NCBI GenBank assembly: GCA_951406725.2 | Contig: OX597824.1 | Coordinates: 8,680,001-8,744,000 of the forward strand | Direction of reading: 5' to 3' | DNA from: Octopus vulgaris | Lineage: Eukaryota | Length of the DNA stretch: 64,000 bases | Shown: positions 39,690-54,355 of the stretch, piece after piece | How positions within the stretch are numbered: position 1 is the first letter of the stretch | Layout: each line of letters starts with the position of its first letter | The notes under the pieces: model-generated | The model's database searches: none | What the model saw: the letters and a program-made list of their open reading frames with translations, nothing else | What the model was told of the DNA's origin: nothing | Made by a program: the position numbers and the translations under genes

Positions 39690-39856
39690 TGTGCGTGTTT
39701 TTCCCCTGCCACCATTTGACAACCAGTGTTGACTCGTTTACGTCCCTGTAATCCAGTGGTTCGGCAAAAGAGAATGACAGATTAAGTACCAGACTTTAAA
39801 TAATAACAACAATAACAATAACAGCAGCAGCAGCAGCAACAACAACAACAATAATA

Positions 39857-39903
<47 letters not shown>

Positions 39904-40005
39904 GCACTGGGGTGAATTTATTCGACAGAACCCTTCTACGCGGTGCTCCAGTATGGTCGCAGTCTAATGGCTGGAAGAAGTGAAAACCAAAAAACCAAAG
40001 ATAAA
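39690..40005 (+). mobile_element. SINE family B, 3' half interrupted by a (CAG)/(CAA)/(TAA) microsatellite
   Basis: GACAACC...GGTTCGGCAAAAGAG lies before the microsatellite and GGTGCTCCAGTATGGTCGCAGTC after it. Confidence 0.7.
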
Positions 40006-40119
40006 ATGTATTTACCACTGATATAGAAATCGATAGAATGTTCTAAGAAGTACTGTTAAGTTTACGTGATTGTAGAACATAGATTTAAAAACTCACACAT
40101 AATTGATTTACGCAGTTCT

Positions 40120-40222
40120 GATATGAGCCATCATAAATACGATAAGAAACATCGTAAATATGATATGAGCCATCATAAATACGATACGAGCCATCATAAA
40201 TATGATATGAGCCATCATATAT
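40120..40222. repeat. 21-bp minisatellite, ~5 copies
   Basis: Unit GATATGAGCCATCATAAATAY. Confidence 0.9.
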
Positions 40223-40304
40223 AAGCAGACGCTGAAACTCTGACCACGTTTGTATGTCGATATAGGGACTCGTACACACAAAACGTTAAGGCTTTCATGT
40301 AGAT

Positions 40305-40831
40305 CAGTGGCTCCGAAACTTTGGCCCACCACAAACATTGGACTAAGTCGTCTGTGCTAGCACCAAGGTTGTTAGCTGGGTAAAGTACCCTTTATTGTCC
40401 GTGAGAACGAAGAAATTGGCCGTGGGCGCGGGAGATATGAAAATTGTGATTTCAAAAGTAACTTCAGTGTATTGCGAATTGTCATTTTTATGAAGTTGGC
40501 TACAAAATGTGTTGGTTACTCTTTTCGAACTGGACTTTTTTTTTCTGTTCCAACACAATTTGATAAATATTTTTGTCTAGTTTGTTTCTTCGGTCAAACT
40601 AAAGTGTTTAACCCGAGCAAACACACTCAACTAACCATCACAAACAGAAACTTCTTTCTGAAGCAAATTCAAAGTAACTGTATTTCACAAATAAGTCTTA
40701 ACCTAATGAACCCATTATCTTGTTTTTACATGAATTGCTGCCCCATTATTACCCCATTTTCTTCAGCGCCTCCTCGGAACTTTCCACTGTCCCTAGGGTG
40801 GGAGCAATACCACCCACTTTGGGAACCACCG
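40305..40831. mobile_element. Non-autonomous hAT (Charlie-like) element / MITE, 527 bp
   Basis: Imperfect TIRs (CAGTGGCTCCGAAA ... TTTGGGAACCACCG) and a perfect 8-bp TSD ATGTAGAT at 40297-40304 and 40832-40839, close to the NTCTAGAN Charlie target preference. Confidence 0.85.
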
Positions 40832-41656
40832 ATGTAGATAATCACATACTAGTGTACGAATAACAGATGGACCAAATACTTACATTGATATATTCACACA
40901 CTTACACACACGCGTGCACACATGCGCATTAATGATGGAAAATCTTCGTAAGATCCGCTACGGACATAGAAGCTTGGGTGTACCATCAATCGTAGCACGG
41001 GATAAGTACTATAACAAACAGCGGCTCCGGATCTTCGACCGGCCAAATTAAAAGCTTCTATCTCGCCACCCGGAACTCCTTGTACATGCATACACATACA
41101 AATTTTCTCAAACACATACACACCATCAAACACTCTCATACATACGTACACATGCATATGATCATTAATACCGGATGTATTATGTAAATGTAATAAAATT
41201 TGACAAAAACAACGACTTACACACAACCCCGGGCACCACCCCAATCTATAACTCACACACGTATACATGACTTACAAACAAACTTGTATACCTACGCACA
41301 AACACGAGCGCCTCATTTTCCGCTTAAACGTGAAATTTAACCTTGCGCCTGCAGATTAGACACACATAGCTATACATATGTGTGTGTGTGTGCGTGTGTG
41401 TATGTGTGTGTGCATGAAACATAAAATTTCATATAGAGATATATGTTACAAGAGATAATGGTCGAAGATAAGAAAGGTGAAAACTATAAAGAAAACTTTC
41501 GCGACAAGTGGGAGGAACTAAAGAAAGATAAAACAGGGGGTGGGGGGGTGGATTTGGGAAATAGAGAGAGAAAGGGAGAGAGTAACAAACGCGCGAGAGA
41601 GAAGTCGTGTTTATATATATATATATATATACATATATATGTATATATATATATTC

Positions 41657-41864
41657 TTTAATTTGTTTCAGTCGTTTGTCTGCTGCCATGCTGGAGCACC
41701 GCCTGTAGTCGAAAAAATCGACCCCAGGACTTATTCTTTGTGAGTCTAGTACTTATTCTATCGATCTGTTTGGCCGAACAGCTAGGTTACGGAGACATAA
41801 ACACACCACACCAACATTGGCTGTCAAGCGATGGTGCTGGGACAAGCACCGGCGCACACTCATA

Positions 41865-41902
<38 letters not shown>

Positions 41903-42071
41903 TACATACGACGAGCTTCTTTCAGTTTCCCTCAACCAAATCCACTCGCAAGGGCCTTGGTCGACCCGAAGCTATAGTAGAAGACATTTGCCCAAGGTAC
42001 CAGGCAGTGGGACTGAACCTACAACCGTGTAGTTGGGAATCAAGTTTCTTACCACAGCTATACCTGCGCCT
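41657..42071 (-). mobile_element. SINE family B, full length
   Basis: Collinear with the other family B copies. Confidence 0.88.
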
Positions 42072-42230
42072 ATGAATCTATGAACATATCTAAATAAATT
42101 ATACATACACACACGCACACACACATATATATATATTTATATATATATACATATATACACAAACACAGACGTACATATAACTGTCTTTACATATGTATGT
42201 ATATGCTTGTACGTATGTGTATGTATGTAT

Positions 42231-42322
42231 ATTTTAATTTTTCTGTTTCGTCAATTTTTCAATATATATATATATATATATTTATAAATATTGTAAAATT
42301 GACGAAACCGAAAAATTAAAAT
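42231..42322. repeat. Hairpin with ~35-bp arms around a (TA)n loop
   Basis: ATTTTAATTTTTCTGTTTCGTCAATTTTTCAATAT / ATATTGTAAAATTGACGAAACCGAAAAATTAAAAT. Confidence 0.85.
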
Positions 42323-42728
42323 GCAATTATTTAAGTTGTAAAGTGAATACTTTGTTTAAATGTTTCGTATCGTTTCGTTTCGTTTCGAAATCGAATTAAT
42401 GTTTTATAGCATTTAGAACGGGTGGGTGTATTTCGAACGATGTTATCTGACAAACAACTTCGATTTATGTTGATAAAAACAAATATTAAAACACGGAACA
42501 AAGAAAAAAAAATGACTAAACTCTCTCTCTCACTTTCACTCGCTCTCTCTCCATCTACTTGTAATTCCAAATTCATTTATCTCCTATGAGATAATGTGAA
42601 CGAGTTATTTCAATGAAAACAAGGCTTCGTGCCAATTTCGTTAAAAGTTCATAAAATGTGGGTTTAAAAGAGAGAGAGTACGAGAGAGGAGAGAAAGAGA
42701 GAGAGAGAAAGTGAGGGAGGAATATAGT

Positions 42729-42762
<34 letters not shown>

Positions 42763-44529
42763 AGGAAGAGAAAGAGGAAAAGAAAAGTATATAAAATAAA
42801 ATATAATGCTAGAAAGGGGAAATTAAATTTCTATGAAATATGAGCAAAAGATGAAAATGTATAAAAAAAAATATTCCATCGTCATTGTTAAAATTCGATA
42901 AAGCAGGAGCGGGAAACAAAACAAGAAAAAAAACAAAAATGGCGGTAGGATTTTTGCGTCACAGTTTGAAGCACGTTTCAACTATTAAATAGATTTTTTT
43001 ACGTAGGCATAAGGTCACTGATATTGTAGTAGGATATTGTCCATTGTATCGATCACAATACCCGATTGGTGGATATTTTATCGATCCAGTAGAGACAAAC
43101 GGGAAATCGAACCCAGAAGGGTTGCTTCTGTTCAGTCAGCTGCAAAATAAGCGACAGAAGAGGGTTAATTCTGCGACGCAGTGGCGTCCAATTCAGGGGT
43201 GTGGGGTAGAATTGTACATTCGGTCGTTTGTACGCCATAGAAATCGGGAACTGCAATAAACTGCAGCGTAATTAATGAACATGTAGGCTTGTGACAAATT
43301 TACGGCGCCCACAAAAATAACCCGCCCCTCTCTCTCTCTCTCCCCCTATCTCTCTCTTCCTCTCACACACATACAGACACACTCATACATACACATGTAT
43401 GCATGCACAACAAAGATGAGCTGAGAGGAGTGTGATCAGGAAGACAAGTAATTAAACATAAATTCTTCATTTATTAAAATTAACTTCGCTTCCGGGGAAG
43501 GTGAGACACTCTGTTCGTTCGAATAACGTGCAACACTCAATCAAAAGGGGAGATAATCTCAAGAATTAAAGAAATTCTCCGAAGATGACAAAGCATTGTC
43601 TAGAGATAAAAAGGCCGCTCTTTACACGTGTTTCTGCTTCAATAACCGTCATTAGCCATAATTTTCATCTCCAGCTGACAGGATACTTAGGCATATGCAA
43701 AACGATTTTGAAGATATTTAGGGTCCAGTAATTTGCCCAAAGGAAATAAAGATAAACGTCTTTGTTATTCCGTTGGGATCCATGATTTTGGCCTTGTATA
43801 TAATAACTTTTACAGTCAGTTATTATTTAGAGGACAGTGGTTTGGAGGCCTACAGTTACAGTGTCTTACTGGGTATTTCTGGTGTGTTTATGTTTATCGT
43901 GTATGAGTATTCTCAACCCTATACAGGGAGGTAACTATAGCTAACTTTAACAATGTTTCTTTTGAAGATTTTATGGCATTTGTGTGAATGTGAGAAGTGA
44001 TTTTCTGTTAATTTCAAGAATGTCCCAGCTACATTCGTGCTATAAGGCGGGCAATGCATTTCGTCAGTGTCAAGTTATCAAGGCACCATTAACGAGCCTC
44101 TTGAATGACAATACATCTTCCTGGCTCAAAGAAACCTACTTCCCAATGAGCGGTTGCATCCTATCATTACCATTATCTAAGCAAACCGGAGCAATTTTTG
44201 TGCTCAGAATGCAAAGAACCAGAGCAAATACTCCAAAGTATTTGTTCAAATGATTCCAACTGCTCCACTGCTCGAGACTGATTCCTTATTTATCGCTCCC
44301 GGAATAATATAAGGTAAATTAATCATCGACAAGTTTTAAGGATGCAAGAAGCCAGAGTATATGTCCCAATGCTTACCATATAAAATATAACACTAAATTA
44401 TGGACGAATTTAGTTTTATTCCGTTTTATATAATGACGTTTTTGAAGGAGGTGTTTGACTTAGATTTTTTTCAGTAAATGTTTAAGCTACCTAAATTATA
44501 TATATATGGACCGTTAAATCCACAAGTTT

Positions 44530-44680
44530 TTTTAAAAAATTCTCTCTGTGTTTATTTCCTCGTGTTCTTTTCTGCTAAAGAGCGTAGGCTCGAACTGTAA
44601 AATACTTTCTCTCCCTCCCGAGCGTCAAACTAATACACCTGCTTGCTGTTTATGCACCTGTCTTCGTATTTTGAACTTTC

Positions 44681-44690
<10 letters not shown>
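44530..44690 (+). mobile_element. Diverged hammerhead-bearing repeat, third copy
   Basis: Shares GAGCGTAGGCTCGAA, GAGCGT..ACTAATACA and CACCTGTCTTCGT. The ribozyme core is decayed. Confidence 0.55.
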
Positions 44691-44720
<30 letters not shown>

Positions 44721-44779
44721 TATGTTATATGAATTTATAGAAAAGTATCCCATAGAATTCTTAAAAATGGAGAATAATC

Positions 44780-44832
<53 letters not shown>

Positions 44833-44844
44833 ATATGGAAATGT

Positions 44845-45205
44845 GGGGGAGTGATGGCCCAGCGGTTAGGAAAGTGGTCGTAGGATCGCGGTTTCGATTA
44901 CCAGACCGGGCGTTGTAAGTGTTTATTGAGCGAAAACACCTAAAGCTCCATGAGGCTCTGGCAGGGGATGGTGGCGAGCCTCGCTCTACTCTTTCCCCCA
45001 ACTCTTCTTTCTTCCTGTTTCTGTTGTACCTGTATTTCAAAGGACCAGCCTTGTCACACTTTGTGTCACGGTGAAATACCCCGAGAACTACGTTCAGGGT
45101 ACATGTGTCTGTGGTGTGCTCTGCCACTTGTATGTTAATTCCACGAGCAGGCTGTTCCGTTGATAGGATGGACTGGAACCCTCGTCGTCGTAACCGACGG
45201 AGTGA
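44845..45205 (+). mobile_element. SINE family A
   Basis: Collinear with 21377-21762 to ...GTAACCGACGGAGTG. Confidence 0.88.
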
Positions 45206-45649
45206 TGTCGTAATATTAGGATGTATATCTATATATGTGTGTGTATTTCATGAATTGTATACTAAGCCAGTCAGAAACTAGAATGTTCTAGTGTACAGAA
45301 TAAGTGACTAGAGACCATCTCGATCAAAATAGTATGCGATGTGCTAAAAGAACAACAACGATAACAACAACAACACGAATTACATCATAAAGCCACATTT
45401 TCTTTTGTTTCTTCACCTCCTCCTTCTCCTCCTCGTCGACATTAGCAATGTTATCTTTGACGATAACAGAATGAACTGTACCTTTACCTCTTTCCCAACA
45501 AACGTAGGCTGGGAATAATAAACGAAAATGTGAAAGAAATTGATATAATATATATCGACCATGTATATATACGTGTATATATATACACATTTGTATATAT
45601 CGATAGATAGATTCATACATACATGTATGTATATGCATTATATACATAC

Positions 45650-45707
<58 letters not shown>

Positions 45708-45942
45708 GTATATATATATATATGGTCGATATATATATCTTACATGTATACATGCATATATGTTTGTGTACATATACATTATGTTTGTGTCTGTAAATGT
45801 GTGTATGAATGTGTGTGTGTGCATACAAAATGCTACAATACATATACTATATACTGCATAATAATGTATATATACACACACAATGCAATCACAAACACGC
45901 ACGCACGCACACACATACATATATATTTATATGCTTACAGGA

Positions 45943-45974
<32 letters not shown>

Positions 45975-46179
45975 GTAAAAACATGCATACATACATAAAG
46001 ATATATATGTATATCTATATATGTATATACATATAGTCTATACACACTCACACTCACACATATATTTACATATATCTATTCACATACACATATATACATA
46101 TACACACATATACATGTCTCTCTTTCCGTCTCTATATAGGCATATATATATATATATATATATATACATAAATATATAC

Positions 46180-46262
<83 letters not shown>

Positions 46263-46596
46263 CATATATGTATGTATACATATATACGTATACATATATA
46301 TACATATTTTATATAGTTGTATTTTTGTATACCTTCTATGCGTGGGCACACTACCGTATACATTAGTATCGATACAACCGTATCAATGCTTCGCGTCAGT
46401 GGATACGTAATATAATTATGAAAGTGTGTCAATAAAGATTATTATAGCACAAGTATATCGGACTCTAAAACATAAATCAATAATAGGTATTCCTTATGAT
46501 ACATAAAGCAATACAGTATCTTCCTCATTGCTTTTGCGATACGACAAAAAAAATTAAAAAAACACAACAAAAAATGCAAAAACGCTCTCTCCCTAC

Positions 46597-46636
<40 letters not shown>

Positions 46637-47989
46637 ATCTATGTATTAATAAATAAATAAGAGCTATGCGTAGTGTTGTATAAAGCATAAATATTCGATA
46701 GCATAATGGTGTTCAATAAATGCTGTCTGCAAATGGCACGCGGGTAAGAACGTTCGTACAAACAAACGCGGCATTGATATTTCTAAATGCAGTCGTCGGA
46801 TCTGTCAATAGGACGATGTGTATGTCGAGAGATGAAAGACAACAATGTACAGAGCATAAACGTTGTAATAACATAACAGTACATCTCTCCATGTCTCTCT
46901 CTCTCTCTCTGTCATGCTCCCTCTATTTGTGTGTGTGTGTGTGTGTGTGTCTTTCTCTACTGCTGTATTTTTTTTTCTCTCTCCAAATAATACTCCACGG
47001 AATGGTGATGATCTCGGCGGCATTATTAGTGTTTTCGATACTAAAATCATATTACAGACAACACAATTTGACTGACTTATAGCCATTTTTACATTAGGAA
47101 AAAGGAGAGGCAAAAAAGGAGAGCAGAATTTCAGTGTTGTTGTTGCTAAATGTAATTGTTTTGTGGTTGTCGCGAGGTTGAGTGGTGGAGATCAAAAGCG
47201 AACTGTTGAATGTTCAGACGGATTTATATATATATATCTGATTACTGTATGATCTTCTGTATAGTACAATTTCAGTCAGGAGAACGGAGCAATAATTATG
47301 ACCCCCGTGGGTCATTATAAGAAACTACTGGGATGTTGTTGCTGTTGATGATGATGTCGTTGTTGTTGCTGCTTCTCCTGTTGTTGTTGCTAGGCTCCAG
47401 GTCTGCTGCTGTCGCCGGGAGAGTTCTATTGTAAGCAGTTAGCCAGACGAAAAGATCTGGCGCGACCTGTGAATTTTTCTTCCGTTTACACCGTAGCTAG
47501 CGAAGACGCCGCGCCAAAGAAAGACCAAGTCTCTAGAGTAAACAAAGTCGTCTCTAATTCGTTCTTCGACATACAAGAAATCGTAGCTAATTCTTCTTAA
47601 AATATCAACTTACCTTCTTCAAAATCATTAAATATACAGGAAAGCCAAACACCGACGACTGACAACTGGTAAAATTCGTGCGGTTAACAAAATACATTTT
47701 AAACATCTGCAGCTTATTACTTATCGTATACAGATGTCATTTCCAGTAGGAGCCATATGCCCACACCTCAAAAAAATCTTAACCTGATTTAAGGGGCCAA
47801 CGGGTATTGAAGAGATCTACAAACGGAATGTACACAGCCGTGAAATATTTAGTCTATCAAATGAGCTGCAGTATTTTATTTGTAAGTATGATTCTTATCG
47901 TATGTTATGATGTACACGTCTGGTGTAAAATGGTTTTGCACAAATAAAAGGCTGTGGTTATCTAAGAATAACCTGTCGCAGAAATATAT

Positions 47990-48211
47990 ACTCTTTTACT
48001 TGTTTCAGTCATTTGACTGTGGCCATGCTGAAGGACCGCCTTTAGTCGAGAAAATGGAACCTAGGACTTATTCTTTGTAAGCCTAGTACTTACTCTATCG
48101 GTGTTCTTTGCCGAAACGCTAGGTTACGGGGACGTAAACATACCAGCGTCGGTTGTCAAGCGATGTTGGGGGGACAAACACAGACACACAAACACACAGA
48201 CACACAAACAT

Positions 48212-48264
<53 letters not shown>

Positions 48265-48408
48265 CATATATACGACGGGCTTCTTTCAGTTTCCGTCTAC
48301 CAAATCCACTCACAAGGCTTTGGTCAGCCCGAGGCTAAAGTAGAAGACACTTGCCCAAGGTGCCACGCAGTGGGACTGAACCCGGAACCTTGTGGTTCGT
48401 AAGCAAGT
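47990..48408 (-). mobile_element. SINE family B (tRNA head, CORE-like segment, internal (TA)/(TG) microsatellite)
   Basis: GGTTCAGTCCCACTGCGTGGCACCTTGGGCAAGTGTCTT..., an internal microsatellite, and the tail CAGCATGGCCACAGTCAAATGACTGAAAC. Many copies in the window. Confidence 0.9.
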
Positions 48409-48771
48409 CAACACATAACGCACTCCGTGTCACTCGAACACAGGTACGATACTCAGTATTCACTGCTAAACTACCGACAGTTAAACCAACACGGTCGAAC
48501 TAACTCCCATTTCTTTATTTTGGCACTACGGCCATAACAGAGAAGGGACAGTACAAGGACAGACAAAGCAATACGTTGAGGTAAATGAAAATACATATCG
48601 CATGAATTTTGGATATAACTAAAATAAGAACGAAACTGCTTTCCTACCCCAACCCAAAGTAGGTTGTTCCATTTTACTGTTTTTTTTTTAATTACAGTTT
48701 TAATTTACAGTCTTGTATCTTTTCCATAACACAAAATTACAACAAATGCTACATAATATCGTCAAAAATAA

Positions 48772-49183
48772 GGCGGCGAGATGGCAGAATCGTTAGCATG
48801 CCGGGCGAAATGCGTAACCGTATTTCGTCTGCCGCTACGTTCTGAGTTCAAATTCCGCCGAGGTCGGCTTTGCCTTTCATCCTTTCGGGGTCGATAAATT
48901 AAGTACCAGTTACGCACTGGGGTCGACATAATCGACTTAACCCGTTTGTCTGTCCTTGTTTGTCCCCTCTGTGTTTAGCCCCTTGTGGGTAATAAAGAAA
49001 TAGGTATTTCGTCTATCGCTACGTTCTGAGTTCAAATTCCGCCAAGGTCGGCTTTGCTTTTCATCCTTTCGGGGTCGATAAATTAAGTACTAGTTACGCA
49101 CTGGGGTCGATGTAATCGACTTAATCCATGTGTCTGTCCTTGTTTCTCCCCTCTGTGTTTAGCCCCTTGTGGGTAGTAAAGAA
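48772..49183 (+). mobile_element. SINE family C with a tandem duplication of its 3' ~180 bp
   Basis: Head GGCGGCGAGATGGCAGAATCGTTAG. The block GTATTTCGTCT...GCCTTTCATCCTTTCGGGGTCGATAAATTAAGTAC...TAAAGAAATA occurs twice (about 48820-49001 and 49004-49185). Confidence 0.9.
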
Positions 49184-49817
49184 ATATATATCGTCAAAAA
49201 TTACAACAGGCGGCAGCTCGTCGTATCTATACTGAAATGGTGTTATTTCAACTCTGTTTTTTTCAAATAGTTCTACTAACCACTCCCCTCTTTCTCTCTC
49301 CAACAGCACACCCTTCTTACCTTCATGATTTTCAATTTTCCTTCTGATAACATTTTCATTTTTGTTATTCTCTTTTCAATTTCGACGCCTTTTTCTTACA
49401 CTATGAGGCTTCTTCAGTTCCTCCCTGTGGGTATCGTTCTTTGATATCCTTTACCACTCGCTTCGTCAGTCATAAATTTACGGTACAACTAAGACCGTCA
49501 ATTACATCCCCACCCCACCCCACTGACAGTTCATTCAGTTCTTATTTATTTTAATCCATTAGACCACCTTCAGTCACGTGGGGGTTTTCAGAATTCTTCC
49601 ATAGCATTATATCGTCTCTTTTGCAGAACTACTAGAAAAGGGGACATAAAAAACCCCCTCAAACCGGTGTGTTTTTTCCTTTATCGTAATAAAACACAAA
49701 GACGCAAACACACACACACACACACTTATACGTATATACGTTCTCTACAAGAACATTAATGTCAAAGCAGTTTGATCTTTCTTTAACGGGTTATGAGAAT
49801 GTATGGCAAGAATATCC

Positions 49818-49860
<43 letters not shown>

Positions 49861-50074
49861 GTACATACATATTCACGGCAACACCATGGCAATGAGATGT
49901 GATCATATCAGTTTCTAACATGGAATGGTGAAGATCTGAGACTTATGGCTGCGGGCTGGGATGGAAAATGGTGGGAAGAAATAGGAAACGAGATTGTTCG
50001 TGTGACATTCATAGATTTCACACAACGCCAACAGCTAAATAAAGAAGATATGGTGCGCACGTGTTTGTGTGTTT

Positions 50075-50139
<65 letters not shown>

Positions 50140-50271
50140 AGCGTATGTGTGTGTGTCTCTTTCTCTATATATATTTATGTATATGTGCGTGTGTGTTTGT
50201 GTGATTGCGTGTGTATGTAAGCATTTGTTTCTGTTTTGCCAGTGAATATACATATATATTTATATATTTTT

Positions 50272-50468
50272 TTGATTGTTTCAGTCATTTGACAGCGGCC
50301 ATACCGGAGCACCGCCTTTTCTCGAGCAAATCGACGCGAAAATTTATTCTTTCTAAGCCAAGTACTTATTCTATCGGTCACTTTTACCGAACCGCTAAAT
50401 TACGGTGACGTAAACACACCAGCATCGGTTGTCAAGCAGTGCCGGGGTGGGAGGCAAACACACATACA

Positions 50469-50520
<52 letters not shown>

Positions 50521-50683
50521 CGACGCGCTTCTTTCAGTTTCCATCTACCAAATCCACTCAGAAGGCTTTGGTCGGCCCGAGGCGATAGTAGAAGACACTT
50601 GACCAAGGTGCCACGCAGATGGACTGAACCCGCAATCATATGACTAGTAAGCAAGCTACTTACCACACAGCCACTCCTGCGCC

Positions 50684-50684
<1 letters not shown>
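50272..50684 (-). mobile_element. SINE family B, full length
   Basis: Runs from the head GGCGCAGGAGTGGCTGTGTGGTAAG to the tail. Collinear with 47990-48408. Confidence 0.9.
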
Positions 50685-50715
<31 letters not shown>

Positions 50716-50725
50716 TGTATGTATG

Positions 50726-50767
<42 letters not shown>

Positions 50768-50872
50768 GTCAATTAAAAAACACAGAGAAGAAAAAGAAAA
50801 ATATCAAACGAACGTGTAGTTGTAGCACAAGTAATATGTTAATAAGGCGCTCAGAGAAGGAAAAGAGTAGTA

Positions 50873-50907
50873 GTTTTATGTTTCGAGCATAGCTCTTCTT
50901 CGGAAAC
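50873..50907 (-). ncRNA. Hammerhead-like motif (family 2, degenerate)
   Basis: Minus strand: GTTT CCGAAGA A GAGC TAT GCTC GAAAC ATA AAAC. Confidence 0.5.
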
Positions 50908-51221
50908 AGGAAAAATAGGACAGTCCAAGACGAAGGAGGAAAAAGAATGCGGTTACATAATATGTGTGTGTCTGTGTGTATGTGTGTGTGTGTGTGTGTG
51001 TGTGCCTGTGTGCGTAAAGATATATGTATATACATACGCACACATATATATATATATATATGTACACACATATGCATACATGCACCTATACATATAAGCA
51101 CACACATAAGCCGTGAAAGCATAAACAAGATAATAATAGATCATGATAATGATGACGATGACGACGACGACGATGACAACGACCACGATGACGACGATTT
51201 ATAAACAATTATAAATACCTA

Positions 51222-51346
51222 CCGGCCGCAGAAACCCGTGATATATTGAGGAGTCCGCGATATAAAGTTACATATAGTAGCCAGAAAAATCCGCAATGCA
51301 CTGAGTACGCGATAGGTGAACCGCGATATGGCGAGGAGTTGCTGTA
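51222..51346. mobile_element. Terminal fragment of a pogo/Tigger-like element
   Basis: Ends GGTGAACCGCGATATGGCGAGGAGTTGCTG-TA, with repeated CCGCGATA subterminal motifs. Only one end is seen. Confidence 0.45.
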
Positions 51347-51483
51347 CGTCCTTTTATATTAGCCGTATTCCTTAACTATTCTCTGACAATAATATCGCCA
51401 TTTTCTAGAATGTTCTACAACGTTCGTCTACACACGCCCACACACACAACATATATAAAAGATTATTTCTGTCATCTATATAG

Positions 51484-51574
<91 letters not shown>

Positions 51575-52166
51575 TTGGCGCGGGGTAATTGTATTAGCCC
51601 GTTCACCTCTTCTCCAATTTAGTCTCTGTGATGAATATAACATGTCAAATATCCATCATTCACCGTATGCTAAACGATCTCGTTAATTCTCTTGTCTAGC
51701 CGTGTTAATACGATCGCTATCAAATTTATTACTCCGAAACTAGCGGTTATCACTGGTACTGCTAATGCAATAATGTCTACAATGATATATCCTGTAGAAT
51801 TATCTTTTTGGATGGCTTTAGCTCTGATCTAATATAGCTAATGATATTTGTATCTAATTTTCATTTCTCAGTTTTGACATATGTATCTTGTCTATATCAA
51901 TCATTGCAACCCCCCCCCACACACACATGTATATATATATATATATATTTATGTGTGTATATACAAAAGCCAGGCCTTTATTCAAATCATTTTCTGCCTC
52001 CACCTACTTCACACACACATGTGTATATATTCGTATATATATATATATAGATGCATATATACATATACATACGTCTATAGGTGCATACATATATATGTAT
52101 ATAAGCATATATATGTATATAAGTATATATATATACATATATATATATACATACATATACATATAT

Positions 52167-52245
<79 letters not shown>

Positions 52246-52706
52246 ACATACATACATATTTTAAGTAATAATAGAACAAAAGTTTGAAGCGCAAACCAAT
52301 TTATTCAATGAATGGCATAATTCCTGTTCTGTTCCAGTATTTTCTGCCCTGTTTGTGCAAAGAATTTCTTCACTTTACTAACGAAAGACTCATAATTTAA
52401 AGAGGAAGAATAAATTCCACCAGGCATTTTTTTTTTTCCAATGGCCAATTCATGGCCCAGTCAGTCGACCATCACTGCAGACAAGACTAAAGGAAGGTAA
52501 GCAGAACAAAATAAAACAAAATATATATCAGTGTATATATTAATATTAATAAGTACCGATATTATACATATTTGGCTAAAAGTTTTTTTTTTAAAAAAAC
52601 TAACACATAGGGAGATGAAAAATAATAATTAAAATTAAAACCATGTTCAGTTCATAAAATTCTAAAGTTATAAAAGTTAATAAAATTACTATTAATATTA
52701 ATAATG

Positions 52707-52748
<42 letters not shown>

Positions 52749-52851
52749 GATACAGTTTGCACCAAGTGGTGTATTAAAGTATTGATTGGGTATCATCGGA
52801 TGGTTGATGTTTTATTGATTTAAGTATGTTTCTCCATTCTCTAATTTTGTA

Positions 52852-52900
<49 letters not shown>

Positions 52901-53366
52901 TATATATATACATGATTTGATTTTTGATTTTGCTTTCTCGCTCTTACGATCCAGGGAATAAAGCTTTAATCTCTTGAGTCTTTCCCAGTAGCTCATATGC
53001 TGCACAGAGGCTATCTTCTTCGTGTAGCTTCCTTCATTTTCTTACTACTGACCACTATCTGCCTACTACTGTTCGCCCTACCTCACACGCCTACACACAG
53101 ACGCACACACTAACATATACATATATTTTTTGTTTTTTTTTATCTGCTCACACACACATACACACACGCACACGCACACACTCACACATACACACACATC
53201 TGTTGCGTTACCAACCCTGTCTCCACTCTTTGGCTTTAAAAAAACCACTTGCTCTTGTTATCGTAAACTTCCGCCTTTCACCATGTGTACTTCGTAAACA
53301 CCAGTCGTCTTTTTTCTCCCTCTTGTTGCCCACTTTGGGATCTTTCTTCCTCTCTTCCTTCTTTAT

Positions 53367-53401
53367 GTTTCCGACGAAGAGCTCCGCTCGAAACGTCATA
53401 C
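53367..53401 (+). ncRNA. Hammerhead-like motif (family 2, CCGACGA variant)
   Basis: GTTT CCGACGA A GAGC TCC GCTC GAAAC GTC. Confidence 0.55.
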
Positions 53402-53481
53402 CTTCCTGCTTCCATCTTTCCTGAGCGCCTTTCATTAATAAATGATCTAATGAAATTGAGTTTTGTTGTTGTTCAGCTCTA

Positions 53482-53601
<120 letters not shown>

Positions 53602-53789
53602 ATCTGATTAAAAAACAAAGCATAGCAAAAGTGACAAAAAACAACAAAGAAAAAATAAGCACTGGGTCGATAAGTTTGACAACAGGTGGGGCCCCAGCAT
53701 GGCTAATGGTCTAATGACTGAAGCTAGTATATAAAAGATGAAAAGATTTTAGAAGTATAACCAATCCATTACATATTATTTTTAACAGC

Positions 53790-53879
53790 AAACTCTTACA
53801 TGAACCCGTAAGGTGCATATTGACCCCCAAGAACCATGTGGACCCAAAGGGCCATGTGAACCCCGGTTGAGACCCACTG
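53790..53879. mobile_element. Right end of a hAT-type MITE
   Basis: Ends CCGGTTGAGACCCACTG, preceded by GGACCC/GACCCC subterminal motifs. Left end not found. Confidence 0.4.
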
Positions 53880-54230
53880 GACTACAAGAACACAACCATA
53901 GAGAATATACTTTCAGTATGGTTATCTGTTTCAGATTTCAAGTTGGAACTAATTTACTGTACTAAAACTTCTGAATGTCTTTGTAAATGCCTGGAATTCC
54001 AAAATTCTTATCTATTCACCAAAAGAAGTCGGTCATCCCGTCTCTCTATAATCAAATACTGTCTCAGTCACAAAACTGAACGTGGAATTAACCTCTGAGA
54101 GGACGCTTGTATTAGATGTAGATTGTTCAAGTTGAAAGTTATAATTACAAAAGTGCGAAAGCAACAGTCTGTTCATAAACTTACTACACAGTTTATATAT
54201 CTCTCTCTCTCTTTATATATATATCTATTA

Positions 54231-54311
<81 letters not shown>

Positions 54312-54312
54312 C

Positions 54313-54352
<40 letters not shown>

Positions 54353-54355
<3 letters not shown>

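Noticed and set aside
40085-40279. ORF with IYDGSYH heptad repeats
   Set aside because: Fully explained by the 21-bp minisatellite. No splice or homology support.
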